Origin: Phycisphaerae bacterium
GTDB lineage: Bacteria; Planctomycetota; Phycisphaerae; SM23-33
Length of the DNA: 64,000 bases
Assembly: GCA_046541875.1 (NCBI GenBank)
Contig: JBKHCL010000004.1
Span: forward strand, 875 to 64,874
Direction: 5' to 3'
In this document: positions 50,179 through 58,938 of the stretch, piece by piece
Numbering within the stretch: the first letter of the stretch is position 1
How the letters are laid out: each line of letters begins with the position of its first letter
The notes under the pieces: model-generated
What the model saw: the letters and a program-made list of their open reading frames with translations, nothing else
Database searches by the model: none
What the model was told of the DNA's origin: nothing
Translations under genes and position numbers: made by a program

Positions 50179-51195
50179 ATGGCTGTGAAGATCGGTATCA
50201 ATGGTTTCGGGCGTATCGGGCGGCTGACGTTCCGGGCGATGATGGAGCAACCCGAGCGGTTTGACGTAGTCGCGATCAACGACCTGGCCGATGCCAAGTC
50301 GCTGGCGTACCTGCTGAAGTACGACTCGACGCAGGGGAAGTATCGCGGCACGGTCGAGGTCGGAGACGGCGCTTTGATCGTCGACGGCAAAGAGATCAAG
50401 GTCCTCGCCGAGAAGAACCCGGCCAACCTGCCGTGGGCTGACATGGGCGTCCAGGTCGCGGTGGAGGCCACCGGCTTCTTCACCAGCCCCAAGACCGACG
50501 ATAAGCCCGGCTACGACAGCCACCTCGACGCCGGCGCCAAAAAGGTCATCATCTCCGCCCCGAGCAAGGGATTCGCGAAGATGATCGTCCTGGGCGTCAA
50601 TGACGAGAATCTCACTGCCGAGGACACCTGCGTCTCGAACGCCTCCTGCACGACCAACTCCCTCGCGCCGGCCGCCAAGGTCCTCCACGAGAAGTTCGGC
50701 ATCGTCAAGGGACTCATGACCACCGTCCACGGGTACACCAACGACCAGCGCATCCTGGACCAGATCCACTCCAAGATGACCCGCGCCCGTGCCGCGGCGA
50801 TCAACATCATCCCGACCACCACCGGCGCCGCCGTCGCCGTCGGAAAGGTCCTCCCGGACCTCAATGGCAAGCTGGACGGCTACGCCCTTCGCGTTCCGGT
50901 CCCCACCGGCTCGATCACCGACCTGACCGTCGAGCTCGGCAAGGCCGCCACCGAGGACGAGATCAACGCCGCGATGAAGGAAGCCTCCCAGGGCGCCCTC
51001 AAGGGCATCCTGACGTACGCCGAGGATCCCATCGTGGTCGCCGACGTTGTGGGCGACCCGGCCAGCTCGATCTTCGACCCGAACAACACCAAGGTCATCG
51101 GCGAGACCATGGCCAAGGTCACCATGTGGTACGACAACGAGTGGGGCTACTCCTGCCGCACCGCCGATCTGGCCGAGAAGCTCGCCCAGATGTAA
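50179..51195 (+). CDS. gap: Glyceraldehyde-3-phosphate dehydrogenase, type I
   Basis: [12 protein letters not shown]-binding, active site [12 protein letters not shown]; 338 aa. Confidence 0.95.
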   Translation: MAVKIGINGFGRIGRLTFRAMMEQPERFDVVAINDLADAKSLAYLLKYDSTQGKYRGTVEVGDGALIVDGKEIKVLAEKNPANLPWADMGVQVAVEATGFFTSPKTDDKPGYDSHLDAGAKKVIISAPSKGFAKMIVLGVNDENLTAEDTCVSNASCTTNSLAPAAKVLHEKFGIVKGLMTTVHGYTNDQRILDQIHSKMTRARAAAINIIPTTTGAAVAVGKVLPDLNGKLDGYALRVPVPTGSITDLTVELGKAATEDEINAAMKEASQGALKGILTYAEDPIVVADVVGDPASSIFDPNNTKVIGETMAKVTMWYDNEWGYSCRTADLAEKLAQM

Positions 51196-51223
51196 GCACC
51201 CCTCGCAGGATGATCGCAGCAAT

Positions 51224-51258
51224 AAACGGGCCCGTCGGTTCTCCGGCGGGCCCGTTTC
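51224..51258 (+). terminator. Intrinsic terminator of gap
   Basis: AAACGGGCCCG-tcggttctccgg-CGGGCCCGTTT perfect 8-bp GC stem flanked by A and T tracts. Confidence 0.55.
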
Positions 51259-51357
51259 AGCGCGCACAGGCAAAGCGCGAGAAACTTGCCCGTCGCGGCC
51301 GCAGTTGTATCCTGTAGGCAGGCAGGTGACACCACACGCACCCCAACAAGAGGAACC

Positions 51358-53724
51358 ATGACCGCAAGAATGTCGGCAACGTGGATGGCGATGCTGCTGA
51401 TCGCGGTGTTGCTCATCGTGGGCGGTTGCGGGGACGAGGACGCCGGGGCGACCGGGAGCCCCCGGGCTCGGGCGATTGCGGCGCTGGAGAAGGGCACCAC
51501 GCCGCAGCGGATCGCCGCAGCCGAGACGTTGGGCAAGCTGGGCGACCCGAATGCCGCCGGTGTGCTGATCTCCGCCCTGGACGATTCGAGCATCGCCGTG
51601 CGCCGCTCGGCCATCGACTCGCTCAAGCAGCTCGGCGTTCGCCGGGCGGCCGGGGCGATTGCGGTGCAGTTGAAGCACCCAACCGACGCGCTGCGCGTGA
51701 CGGCGGCTGAGGCCTTGGTCCAACTCGCCACCCCCCGCACAGCCGATGCGTTGGCGACGGCCTTGGGCGATTCCCGGATGATGGTGCGGAACCTCGCCTC
51801 CGACGCGCTGGTTGGACTGGGCGAACCGGCGATTGCCCCCGTATCCCGTGTGCTCGCGCGCGGTCGACCCGATGCGCGCATCGCAGCCGCCCAGACGCTC
51901 GGAAAGCTCCGCGATCCCCGCGCGGGCGACGCGCTGGCGGCGGCGCTGTCGGAGGAGTCCTGGGAGCTTCGCCTTGCGTCGGCGTCGGCGTTGGCGGAGT
52001 TGGGCGACGGCAGGGCGGTGGCGGCGCTGGTGGCGTTGCTGGAGAATCCGCTCAGCGAAGCACAGGAGAAACGCTACCGGCAGCGCATGGAACGGACGCC
52101 CTCCGGACCGCGCCGGGCGATGCTGATCGAGCAGCTCATGCGGCGCCACAGCGGCGGGCTGCCCGGCAGGGTGCGCTATCCCCACGAAGCCAAGAAACGC
52201 CTCCGCCTGCTCAACGCCGAAGCCGATCGCATCCGCGAGCTGGTGGAAACGCCCCTCAGCAGACAGGCCACCGCGGAGCTGGAAACCGTGCTCGCCGCCC
52301 GGACCGGGTGGGAGGAGTGGTCGGCGCTCAGCGAGGCCCGTCGGCAGGAGCGGATCCGCGCGGAGGCGGGTCGCTTGGCGGCGGTCGTCGCCGAAGGCCG
52401 CCAGGACTGGGGCGGCTCGCTCGTGGAGCAGTACTTCCGCGAGCGTCACGGGGCGCAGTGGTGGGCTTCCCTGAGTGACGAGCGAAAGGCTGAGGAAATC
52501 CAACGGGCGGCGGCCCAGCCGGTGCGTCGCGAGCTCGAATCCCGCCGGCGACAGGTTCGCGGACGTGTCGCCCGGGCCCTGGCGCGGGTCGGGACGGCCG
52601 AGGCGGTCGAGACGCTGCTGAACCTGCTCGACAAGGGAGATCGGGACCGGCGCGAACTGGTGCGGCGGGAGGTCCGGATGGCCGGCAACGCCGCGGCGGA
52701 GGCCTTGGCGAGCTACGCCGTCGACAGGACGCATCCGCTGGAGAAACGCCGCCGGACGCTGGAGTTGGTGCGGACTGTTCACGGGGGCTCGGCGCCGGAG
52801 ACCCTCGCGGGGTTGCTGAACGACCCGGCCGACGGTCTGCGGGAGCTGGCGGGGCTGGCCATCGCCGAGGATCCCACCCCCGAGGCGCTGCCGTGGGTGG
52901 TGACGCTGCTCAAGGCCGAATCGACGGACGTGCGGCGTGCGGCGGTGCGTCGGCTGGGATCGACCCGATATGCTCCGGCGGTTCCCGGGCTGTGTGACGC
53001 CTTGTCCGACCCGGACCCGGCCGTGCGATTTCTTTCCGCCGACGCGCTGGGAGCCATCGGCGACCCCAACGCTGCCCCGGCCTTGCTGGCGGTGGCGAAG
53101 AAGGCCGAAGGCAGCCCAACGCCCGCCAAGGCGACCATGGCGGCGGTTCGTGCCCTGGGCGACATCGGCCAGGCCGACGCGCTGCCGCTGGTGATGGAGC
53201 TGACCCGCCACCGCTCGGGCGACATGCGGGCGATCGCCCTGGCGGCGCTGGGAGGCTTTGACGAACCGGCCGCCCTGGCAGCAGCCCTCAAGGCGCTGAA
53301 ACGCGACGACGCCTCCGACCGCAAGGCCGCCATCTGGGCGCTGAAGAAGACCGGTGCCTCGGCAGTGGACCCGCTGATCGAAATACTCAATGGCGAGGAC
53401 GACTCGGTTCACACCTCGGCCGGTCAGGCACTGTTCGCCATCGGCAAAGCGGCCGTCGGACCCTTGATGGATCAACTGGAATCGGGCTCGAAGGTCGCCA
53501 AGCTGGTGGCGATTCGCGTGATCGGCGAGCGGCGCCCGGACAAGGCGACGGGTCCTCTGGTGAAACTGCTGGAATCGCCCGATGCCGACATCCGCGCGTC
53601 GGCTGCGTGGGCGCTGGGGCGGCTGGGGGATGCAAGTGCGATCGGTCCGCTGGAAAAGCTGTTGAAGGATGCCGACCCGAAGGTGGCCAAAGCGGCGCGC
53701 GTCGCCTGCTGGAAGCTGCGCTGA
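51358..53724 (+). CDS. HEAT-repeat (PBS-lyase-like) lipoprotein
   Basis: Signal and lipobox LLIVGGCGDE; more than 15 repeats of the DxxxxVRxxAxxALGxxGDPxAxxxL HEAT pattern; 788 aa. Confidence 0.7.
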   Translation: MTARMSATWMAMLLIAVLLIVGGCGDEDAGATGSPRARAIAALEKGTTPQRIAAAETLGKLGDPNAAGVLISALDDSSIAVRRSAIDSLKQLGVRRAAGAIAVQLKHPTDALRVTAAEALVQLATPRTADALATALGDSRMMVRNLASDALVGLGEPAIAPVSRVLARGRPDARIAAAQTLGKLRDPRAGDALAAALSEESWELRLASASALAELGDGRAVAALVALLENPLSEAQEKRYRQRMERTPSGPRRAMLIEQLMRRHSGGLPGRVRYPHEAKKRLRLLNAEADRIRELVETPLSRQATAELETVLAARTGWEEWSALSEARRQERIRAEAGRLAAVVAEGRQDWGGSLVEQYFRERHGAQWWASLSDERKAEEIQRAAAQPVRRELESRRRQVRGRVARALARVGTAEAVETLLNLLDKGDRDRRELVRREVRMAGNAAAEALASYAVDRTHPLEKRRRTLELVRTVHGGSAPETLAGLLNDPADGLRELAGLAIAEDPTPEALPWVVTLLKAESTDVRRAAVRRLGSTRYAPAVPGLCDALSDPDPAVRFLSADALGAIGDPNAAPALLAVAKKAEGSPTPAKATMAAVRALGDIGQADALPLVMELTRHRSGDMRAIALAALGGFDEPAALAAALKALKRDDASDRKAAIWALKKTGASAVDPLIEILNGEDDSVHTSAGQALFAIGKAAVGPLMDQLESGSKVAKLVAIRVIGERRPDKATGPLVKLLESPDADIRASAAWALGRLGDASAIGPLEKLLKDADPKVAKAARVACWKLR

Positions 53725-53792
53725 GAACGAAGGGGCCGTGAGCCATCGCGCCGGTTGGCGCCGGAACCTCAGAGGAATCCGCCAGGCGGGCT

Positions 53793-54035
53793 TTACGCGC
53801 TGACGCGCAGGCGCGAGTCGGCCGGCGGGGTGGAGGTGAACACGTTTCCGTCCACGTGCAGTTCCAGGCGGCTTGGCAGGAAGTTCGTCACGGACGCCAG
53901 GTAGCCCCAGACGGCCGTCGCGTGTCGGTCCAGCGTGTCGGACATCGACGTGCCTCGCGTGGTGCAGCCCGGAAGCGACGGGCAGGTGGCGACAATGAAT
54001 CCGTTCTCGTTCGTCGTGCGAATGTCCAGTTTCAT
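53793..54035 (-). CDS. HicB-like (UPF0150) small protein, orphan paralogue
   Basis: MKLDIRTTNENGFIVATCPSLPGCTTRGTSMSDTLDRHATAVWGYL parallels the ORF at 47013-47210. Confidence 0.5.
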   Translation of the reverse strand: MKLDIRTTNENGFIVATCPSLPGCTTRGTSMSDTLDRHATAVWGYLASVTNFLPSRLELHVDGNVFTSTPPADSRLRVSA

Positions 54036-54186
54036 GAGTCTTCGGTTCCTTCCCGGAGCGGCCTCCCAGATGGGCCCGCATCCTTACTTCTATCGGACAA
54101 GCACGCCGAAGAACGCAGGAAATTCGGTTCGGGCGAGCGAATTGGCTATAATCGAATGTCTCCCCGGGACCGAACAAGGAGCGAGT

Positions 54187-55311
54187 ATGATCCGCCGGCG
54201 ATGGATGACAGGTGCGTTGGTCCTGCTGATGGCGGTTTCCGTCGGAAACGCCGTGACGATTCAACTGGACTACACTTACGACGGCGGGTGGTTTGCCTCA
54301 CGTCCCCAGGCGGTGACGGCCATGGAAAAAGCGGCCGCCGCCTACCAGCCTTTGATGGATTCGCTTTCGGCGATCGAACCGTCCGGGGGCAATACCTGGA
54401 ACGCGATCATCACCCAGCCCGACACGGGTGCTGAACTGAGTATCTCGAATCCGACGATTCCTGCCGACACGCTGGTGGTGTACGTCGGCGCGCGGGATCT
54501 GGGAGCAGGCACGCTGGGACGCGGCGGGCCGGGCGGCTTTGGCGCGTCCGGTTCCGGCAATTGGCTCGAGACGGTGGGCCAGCGGGGCCAGAGCGGGGAA
54601 GACGACACGCCGGCAACGGATTTCGGGCCTTGGGGCGGGAGCATCGCCTTCGATGACGGGAGCGACTGGAATTTTGACGTCAATTCGCTGCCCACCTCGG
54701 GGCAGAGCGATTTCTACTCGGTGGCGGTGCATGAGTTGGCCCATGTGCTGGGCTTTGGGCTGTCGGACTCGTGGTATGCCCACGTGGACGATGAACTGCT
54801 GACGTTTGACGGGGCGGCGTCGATGGTCAGTCATGGCGGCGCGGTGGACCTGGACCCGTATCTCGGGCATTGGAAGGACAATGTTCTCTCCGAAGTGGGG
54901 GGTGCTAGTCAGGAGGCGGCGATGGCTCCGTTCCTGACCACCGGCACGCGGAAGCGGCTGACTGCGTTGGACTACGCCGGCCTGGCGGACATCGGCTGGG
55001 AACTGCCGCTGAGAGGCGACGTGGATCTGGACGGTCGGATCGACTTTGATGACGCCTGGGCGTTGCTGGGATCGCTGGGGGACGGGCGAATCGACCACGC
55101 CTGGAGCGAGGGCGATCTCGACGGGGACGGCGAGGTGGACGGTGACGACGCGGCGATCATGGTCGCGGCGTGGAATGGGCCGACCCCACCGGCTGCGCTG
55201 ATGTCGGCGGTGCCCGAACCGGGCGTGTTCGTCGTGGTGATGCTGGGCGGGCTGGCGATTCTTGCCAGGCCGATGTGGGGCAGGGGCAGCGCGAACGGGT
55301 CGGGCGCATAG
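54187..55311 (+). CDS. Secreted zinc metalloprotease (HExxH, matrixin-like) with dockerin/EF-hand-like repeats and C-terminal PEP-CTERM sorting signal
   Basis: Signal peptide; VAVHELAHVLGFG...H; GDVDLDGRIDFDDAWALL / GDLDGDGEVDGDDAAIMV repeats; C-terminal VPEPGVFVVVMLGGLAILARP; AAGGAG Shine-Dalgarno. Confidence 0.7.
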   Translation: MIRRRWMTGALVLLMAVSVGNAVTIQLDYTYDGGWFASRPQAVTAMEKAAAAYQPLMDSLSAIEPSGGNTWNAIITQPDTGAELSISNPTIPADTLVVYVGARDLGAGTLGRGGPGGFGASGSGNWLETVGQRGQSGEDDTPATDFGPWGGSIAFDDGSDWNFDVNSLPTSGQSDFYSVAVHELAHVLGFGLSDSWYAHVDDELLTFDGAASMVSHGGAVDLDPYLGHWKDNVLSEVGGASQEAAMAPFLTTGTRKRLTALDYAGLADIGWELPLRGDVDLDGRIDFDDAWALLGSLGDGRIDHAWSEGDLDGDGEVDGDDAAIMVAAWNGPTPPAALMSAVPEPGVFVVVMLGGLAILARPMWGRGSANGSGA

Positions 55312-55395
55312 AGAGGGCCCGGACGGCCGGCCTGACGCACGTGCGTCGCCGTGACTTTGGCAATCCGGGCCCCTCGGAGCGGCTGGGGTGTGTTC

Positions 55396-55908
55396 CTACA
55401 GCGAGATATTCAGCTCCCGGTCATCGTCGCCGGGTTGATCGCTCTCGCCGGGCGGGTTGTCATCGGTGACGGGGTCTTCGTCCAGCCGTCGCCCGAAGCG
55501 CGCGAAAAGCTTGTCCATGAGCGTTCGGAGTACGAGCAGCTCGATTCGCTGCTGGGGTTCCATTTCCATGCGAAGGGGCGGGAGTTCGCGTTTGGCGGCT
55601 TCGGCGGTGAGGTTTCCCGCCTCGACGCGCGCTTTGGCGAAGGAGGCCATCAGGTTGCCTGTCACGGCGAAGTCCCGCTCATCGAGCCACTTCCGCATGT
55701 CCCCGGTGGCGGTCTCTGCCGACCGGTCACCCTCCTCTACCGGCCCGAGTGCGGGGCGCACCTCCCGGCCGATCAGGTCGGACAGGGACGCCGCGGTGGC
55801 GTCCTGCCCGTTTTCAGGGGTCCTTGCGCGCACATTGAGCGATTCGTGGACCTCCTCGGTCTTCGGGCGGTGCGCATTGACATCAATGCTTGATGGATCA
55901 ACCTTCAT
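55396..55908 (-). CDS. Hypothetical acidic protein
   Basis: 170 aa from MKVDPSSIDV; consistent high-GC3 frame; no recognisable domain. Confidence 0.4.
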   Translation of the reverse strand: MKVDPSSIDVNAHRPKTEEVHESLNVRARTPENGQDATAASLSDLIGREVRPALGPVEEGDRSAETATGDMRKWLDERDFAVTGNLMASFAKARVEAGNLTAEAAKRELPPLRMEMEPQQRIELLVLRTLMDKLFARFGRRLDEDPVTDDNPPGESDQPGDDDRELNISL

Positions 55909-56082
55909 CTCGATACCCTCCGGCAGCCTCTTGGCCGTCCAATCGGCCTGCTGCCTCAAGTGCGTTTGGTCGCCCCGACGGGTCCGAACCAAACGCTTCC
56001 TCCACAAGCCATTATCGAGTGAAGTACGGAAATCTTAAGCCCATGGTGCGGTATTTCTTCAGGCGATCAGCCGGAGCGTAAG

Positions 56083-57069
56083 TCAGGTCTGCGACTGAGA
56101 TTGGGCCGCTTCAGAGCCAAGAGGGTGGGACCGCTCATAGACGCCCTTGAGGCGTTGGGTGGTCAGGTGGGTGTAAATCTGGGTGGTGGAGAGGCTTTCG
56201 TGGCCAAGAAGCTCCTGCACGCTTCGCAGGTCGGCCCCGGCGTTGAGCATGTGCGTGGCGAAGCTGTGCCGCAACGTGTGCGGACTGGCGTGCTGGTCGA
56301 TGCCGGCCACCTGGAGATACTTCGTCAGACGCCGGCGGATGCTGCGTCCGCTGAGCCGCTTGCCGTGCTTGTTGACGAACAGCGGACCGCGTTGCGGCAG
56401 GCCGAACGCCGCCGACCGCTGGAAGCAGTAACGGTAAATCGCCTCGACGGCATGGCTTCCGAGCGGGACGAGGCGCTCCTTGCGTCCTTTTCCCCGCACC
56501 CGAAGGGCCTCGTTGAACTCGTCGAGGTCCTCGACGTTCAGGCCGACCAGCTCGCTGATTCGCAGGCCTGCTGAGTAGATCGTCTCGAGGATGGCCCGGT
56601 CCCGCAGGCCGCCCAGCGTGTTGAGATCCGGGGCGTTGAGCAACTCGGAGATCTGTTCGACGGTGAGGCAGGAGGGGAGTTTCTTATCCTGGCGCGGGGT
56701 GCGGATGACGGCCACCGGCGAAGCTTTTACGACCCCTTTGCGCACGAGGTACTTGTAGAAACTCCGCAGGGAGGCGAGTTTACGGGCGACGGTGCTTTTG
56801 GAGTATCCGTGGGTTCGCATGCGCGCCAAGTAGGCCCGGACGTCCATCGCCTCGACGGAAAGCAGTTTCCCGGTGAGCATTTCGCCTGTGTCGGGGTCGT
56901 CGTCGAGCTGGGGCATGTCGTCGAGATCGATGCTGTCCGCATCGTCGCAGAGCAGGAAGCGGGCGAACTGCGTAAGATCGGCGGTGTAGGAGCGAATCGT
57001 GTGTGCGGAGAAGTTGCGCTCCAACTCGAGGTAGTCCAGAAAACGGTCGACGTGGGGGATGTTCGTCAT
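56083..57069 (-). CDS. xerC: Tyrosine site-specific recombinase XerC
   Basis: MTNIPHVDRFLDYLELERNFSAHT; RHSFATHMLNAGADLRSVQELLGHESLSTTQIYTHL (catalytic Tyr); strong match to the XerC C-terminal block. Confidence 0.9.
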   Translation of the reverse strand: MTNIPHVDRFLDYLELERNFSAHTIRSYTADLTQFARFLLCDDADSIDLDDMPQLDDDPDTGEMLTGKLLSVEAMDVRAYLARMRTHGYSKSTVARKLASLRSFYKYLVRKGVVKASPVAVIRTPRQDKKLPSCLTVEQISELLNAPDLNTLGGLRDRAILETIYSAGLRISELVGLNVEDLDEFNEALRVRGKGRKERLVPLGSHAVEAIYRYCFQRSAAFGLPQRGPLFVNKHGKRLSGRSIRRRLTKYLQVAGIDQHASPHTLRHSFATHMLNAGADLRSVQELLGHESLSTTQIYTHLTTQRLKGVYERSHPLGSEAAQSQSQT

Positions 57070-57151
57070 TCTCTCAGCCGATGCGGGGTCACGGTTCGCC
57101 TGCATGGGATTATCGGCTGAGGAGCGCGGAAAACTCCAGCCCGGCGGGGGG

Positions 57152-57370
57152 CTACTTCATATCGAACGGGCTGAGGGCCTTGTTGCAGTCGCACGCGGCG
57201 TGGTGGGTCACTTTGAAGCTGAGGGTCGCGGCGTCCAGCCAGTCGATGCGATGGTCCCTGTCCTCGGCGAACCGGACCAGTTCTTCCACGACGTCGTCTT
57301 CACAGCCGGGGGTGTAACGAAAGACGTAGAGGTCTTTGTCCTTCTGCATGGACAGTGTTCGAACGATCAT
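57152..57370 (-). CDS. Small hypothetical protein immediately upstream of xerC
   Basis: 72 aa MIVRTLSMQKDKDLYVFRYTPGCEDDVVEELVRF...HHAACDCNKALSPFDMK; good GC3; 46 nt gap to xerC. Confidence 0.4.
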   Translation of the reverse strand: MIVRTLSMQKDKDLYVFRYTPGCEDDVVEELVRFAEDRDHRIDWLDAATLSFKVTHHAACDCNKALSPFDMK

Positions 57371-57703
57371 AGTGGTCTCTCTCTTTTGGGGTCGCAGCCG
57401 ACCCCGAATTGTGCCCGGGGCCGACCATCGTATGTATCGGAGAGCGACCGGTCCGACTGAACGAGTGAGATCGGACCAGGGAAGTTTTTTCCGAAACGTC
57501 CGGCAACGGCCGACCATCCGGGGGGCGCGGCGCTGGAAAACGCGCAAAACGTCCCTCGGGCGGCGTGGAATGAACGGCGAACAGGGGTTTATGGTGACAT
57601 CAGGAGTTTCGAGGCAGAAAAAATACGTGAAGTCATTTAATTGCATATACAGGGTTTACCTTACCTGGTCTTGATTTTCTGGGAAAATCGGAAGAATCCC
57701 GTG

Positions 57704-57732
57704 TTGACACCTCCTGCGATGACTTATACTAT
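57704..57732 (+). promoter_or_regulatory. Near-consensus sigma70 promoter TTGACA-17-TACTAT driving candidate sRNA 1
   Basis: TTGACA 57704-57709, 17-nt spacer, TACTAT 57727-57732, in an AT-rich island inside an otherwise 65% GC region. Confidence 0.5.
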
Positions 57733-57737
57733 ATTCA

Positions 57738-57828
57738 GACATAAGGCGGGTCTCCCCCTGCCCGCCTTTGTTCCCCACGAACAGCAGGCTCGACCCTCCC
57801 CCTGGTCGGGCCTGCTGCTTCTTTTTTG
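57738..57828 (+). ncRNA. Candidate small RNA 1 (about 90 nt) with two hairpins presenting C-rich loops (CUCCCCCU) and an intrinsic terminator
   Basis: Hairpin GGCGGG-ucucccccug-CCCGCC (57745-57766); terminator CAGCAGGC-[CGACC-cuccccc-GGUCG]-GCCUGCUG followed by CUUCUUUUUU (57782-57827). Confidence 0.4.
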
Positions 57829-57968
57829 CGCACAGGGGTAGGGTGTCTGCTGTATATGGGTGTTCGTTGTACGGGGCAAGGCTTTGGCATGCGTGAGTCG
57901 CCTGGACGCCTCAGCCGCCCGACGGTACACTGCTTTGGTGATTCCTGCTTCCCCGAGCACCAACGGCC

Positions 57969-58547
57969 ATGCCACCTTCTCGAATCAAGCTCGATACAGG
58001 CGATCTGTGGTCTCCGGGCGATCCGCTGCCGGGCGGGGCGGTTCTGCGCCAAATGGCTGCCCGCGTGATCGCGCTGTGGGAGATGCCCGAGTTGGCCGAC
58101 GCGACGATCGGCTACAACGGTCGCCTGCGGACCACGCTCGGGCGGGCGATGCTGGATGAGCGGCGCGTGGAGCTCAACCCGCGCCTGCTGCGGGACCATC
58201 CCGAGCAGTTGGTCTCGACATTGGCCCACGAGCTGGCGCACCTGGCGGTTCACGTGCGGTTCGGCCGACGGGCGGGCGCCCATGGCAGGGAGTTCCGAAC
58301 GCTCATGCGGGCGCTGAATCTCGACGCGCGGGCGACGCACGACCTGCCCGTGGAGCACCTTCGCCGCCGTCGGCGTCGCTATGTCTACCTGCACCGGTGC
58401 GACCAGTGTGGCCGATCGGCCATCGCCCGGCGGGTTTTGCGCGATCGCATCTGCGGCCGCTGCGGGCCCGGGATGCAATGGGACGTCTATCGCCTGCCCG
58501 ATACCCCGGCAGGGCGGGCGCTGCTGGAGACGCTGGCGAACGGCTAG
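57969..58547 (+). CDS. SprT-like zinc-metalloprotease-domain protein with C-terminal zinc ribbon
   Basis: HELAHLAVH motif; CDQCG...CGRCG ribbon. Confidence 0.75.
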   Translation: MPPSRIKLDTGDLWSPGDPLPGGAVLRQMAARVIALWEMPELADATIGYNGRLRTTLGRAMLDERRVELNPRLLRDHPEQLVSTLAHELAHLAVHVRFGRRAGAHGREFRTLMRALNLDARATHDLPVEHLRRRRRRYVYLHRCDQCGRSAIARRVLRDRICGRCGPGMQWDVYRLPDTPAGRALLETLANG

Positions 58548-58576
58548 GACAGGGCTTATCGCGCGGCGACCAAGGC

Positions 58577-58703
58577 AAAAAAAAGACCGGGAACGTCCAG
58601 GCGGAGGGAGACCTGAATATTCCCGGCTGTCAGTGGCTCGCTGCCAAGATCGCAGGTGGAGGGAGACCTGCAAGCACTGTGGCGCGAGCCGTTTCATTCA
58701 CTT
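58577..58703 (-). ncRNA. Candidate small RNA 2 (about 125 nt, minus strand) carrying two copies of GGUCUCCCUCC and a U8 intrinsic terminator
   Basis: Minus-strand promoter TTGTCA (58740-58735) - 17 nt - TATATA/TATAAT (58717-58710); terminator stem CCGGGAA/TTCCCGG (58587-58626) followed by U8 (plus-strand A8 58577-58584); motif copies at 58603-58613 and 58658-58668. Confidence 0.35.
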
Positions 58704-58858
58704 CATGTAATTATATAGACACCCCGGCGGTCTTTGACAAGGCTTTTCCGAGAATTATTGGCTTTGGCGGCCCATTTAGTGCGCAAATATTACATAAGAT
58801 CAGTGAAATGAAAATCTTACGCTGTATACAAATAATCGGAAAAGTCTGCAAAAATTAA

Positions 58859-58891
58859 GACCCGAACGGGATCATATGGCCCGTCCGGGTC
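58859..58891 (-). terminator. Stem-loop terminator downstream of the LTXXQ-repeat gene
   Basis: GACCCGAACGGG-atcatatgg-CCCGTCCGGGTC (12-bp stem, one mismatch); U-rich tract on the minus strand (TTAATTTTTGCAGACTTTTCC). Confidence 0.45.
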
Positions 58892-58938
58892 GTTGATTTC
58901 TCGTCTGCGGGGGTTGCAGGCCGGTCCGGATCGCTCGT

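Noticed and set aside
50131-54264. 1377-aa minus-strand ORF and similar long ORFs (20674-22887+, 25563-27359+, 28199-30052+, 31346-33604-, 39642-40997-, 41001-42653-)
   Set aside because: All lie opposite well-supported genes (gap, HEAT lipoprotein, FG-GAP, phosphoesterase, PEP-utilising enzyme, PQQ propeller, hydE, hydG) and have no recognisable domains. Judged to be GC-driven open frames.
57641-57841. 66-aa plus-strand ORF across the sRNA 1 locus
   Set aside because: AT-rich codons and no ribosome-binding site. The promoter and terminator architecture fits a non-coding RNA better.
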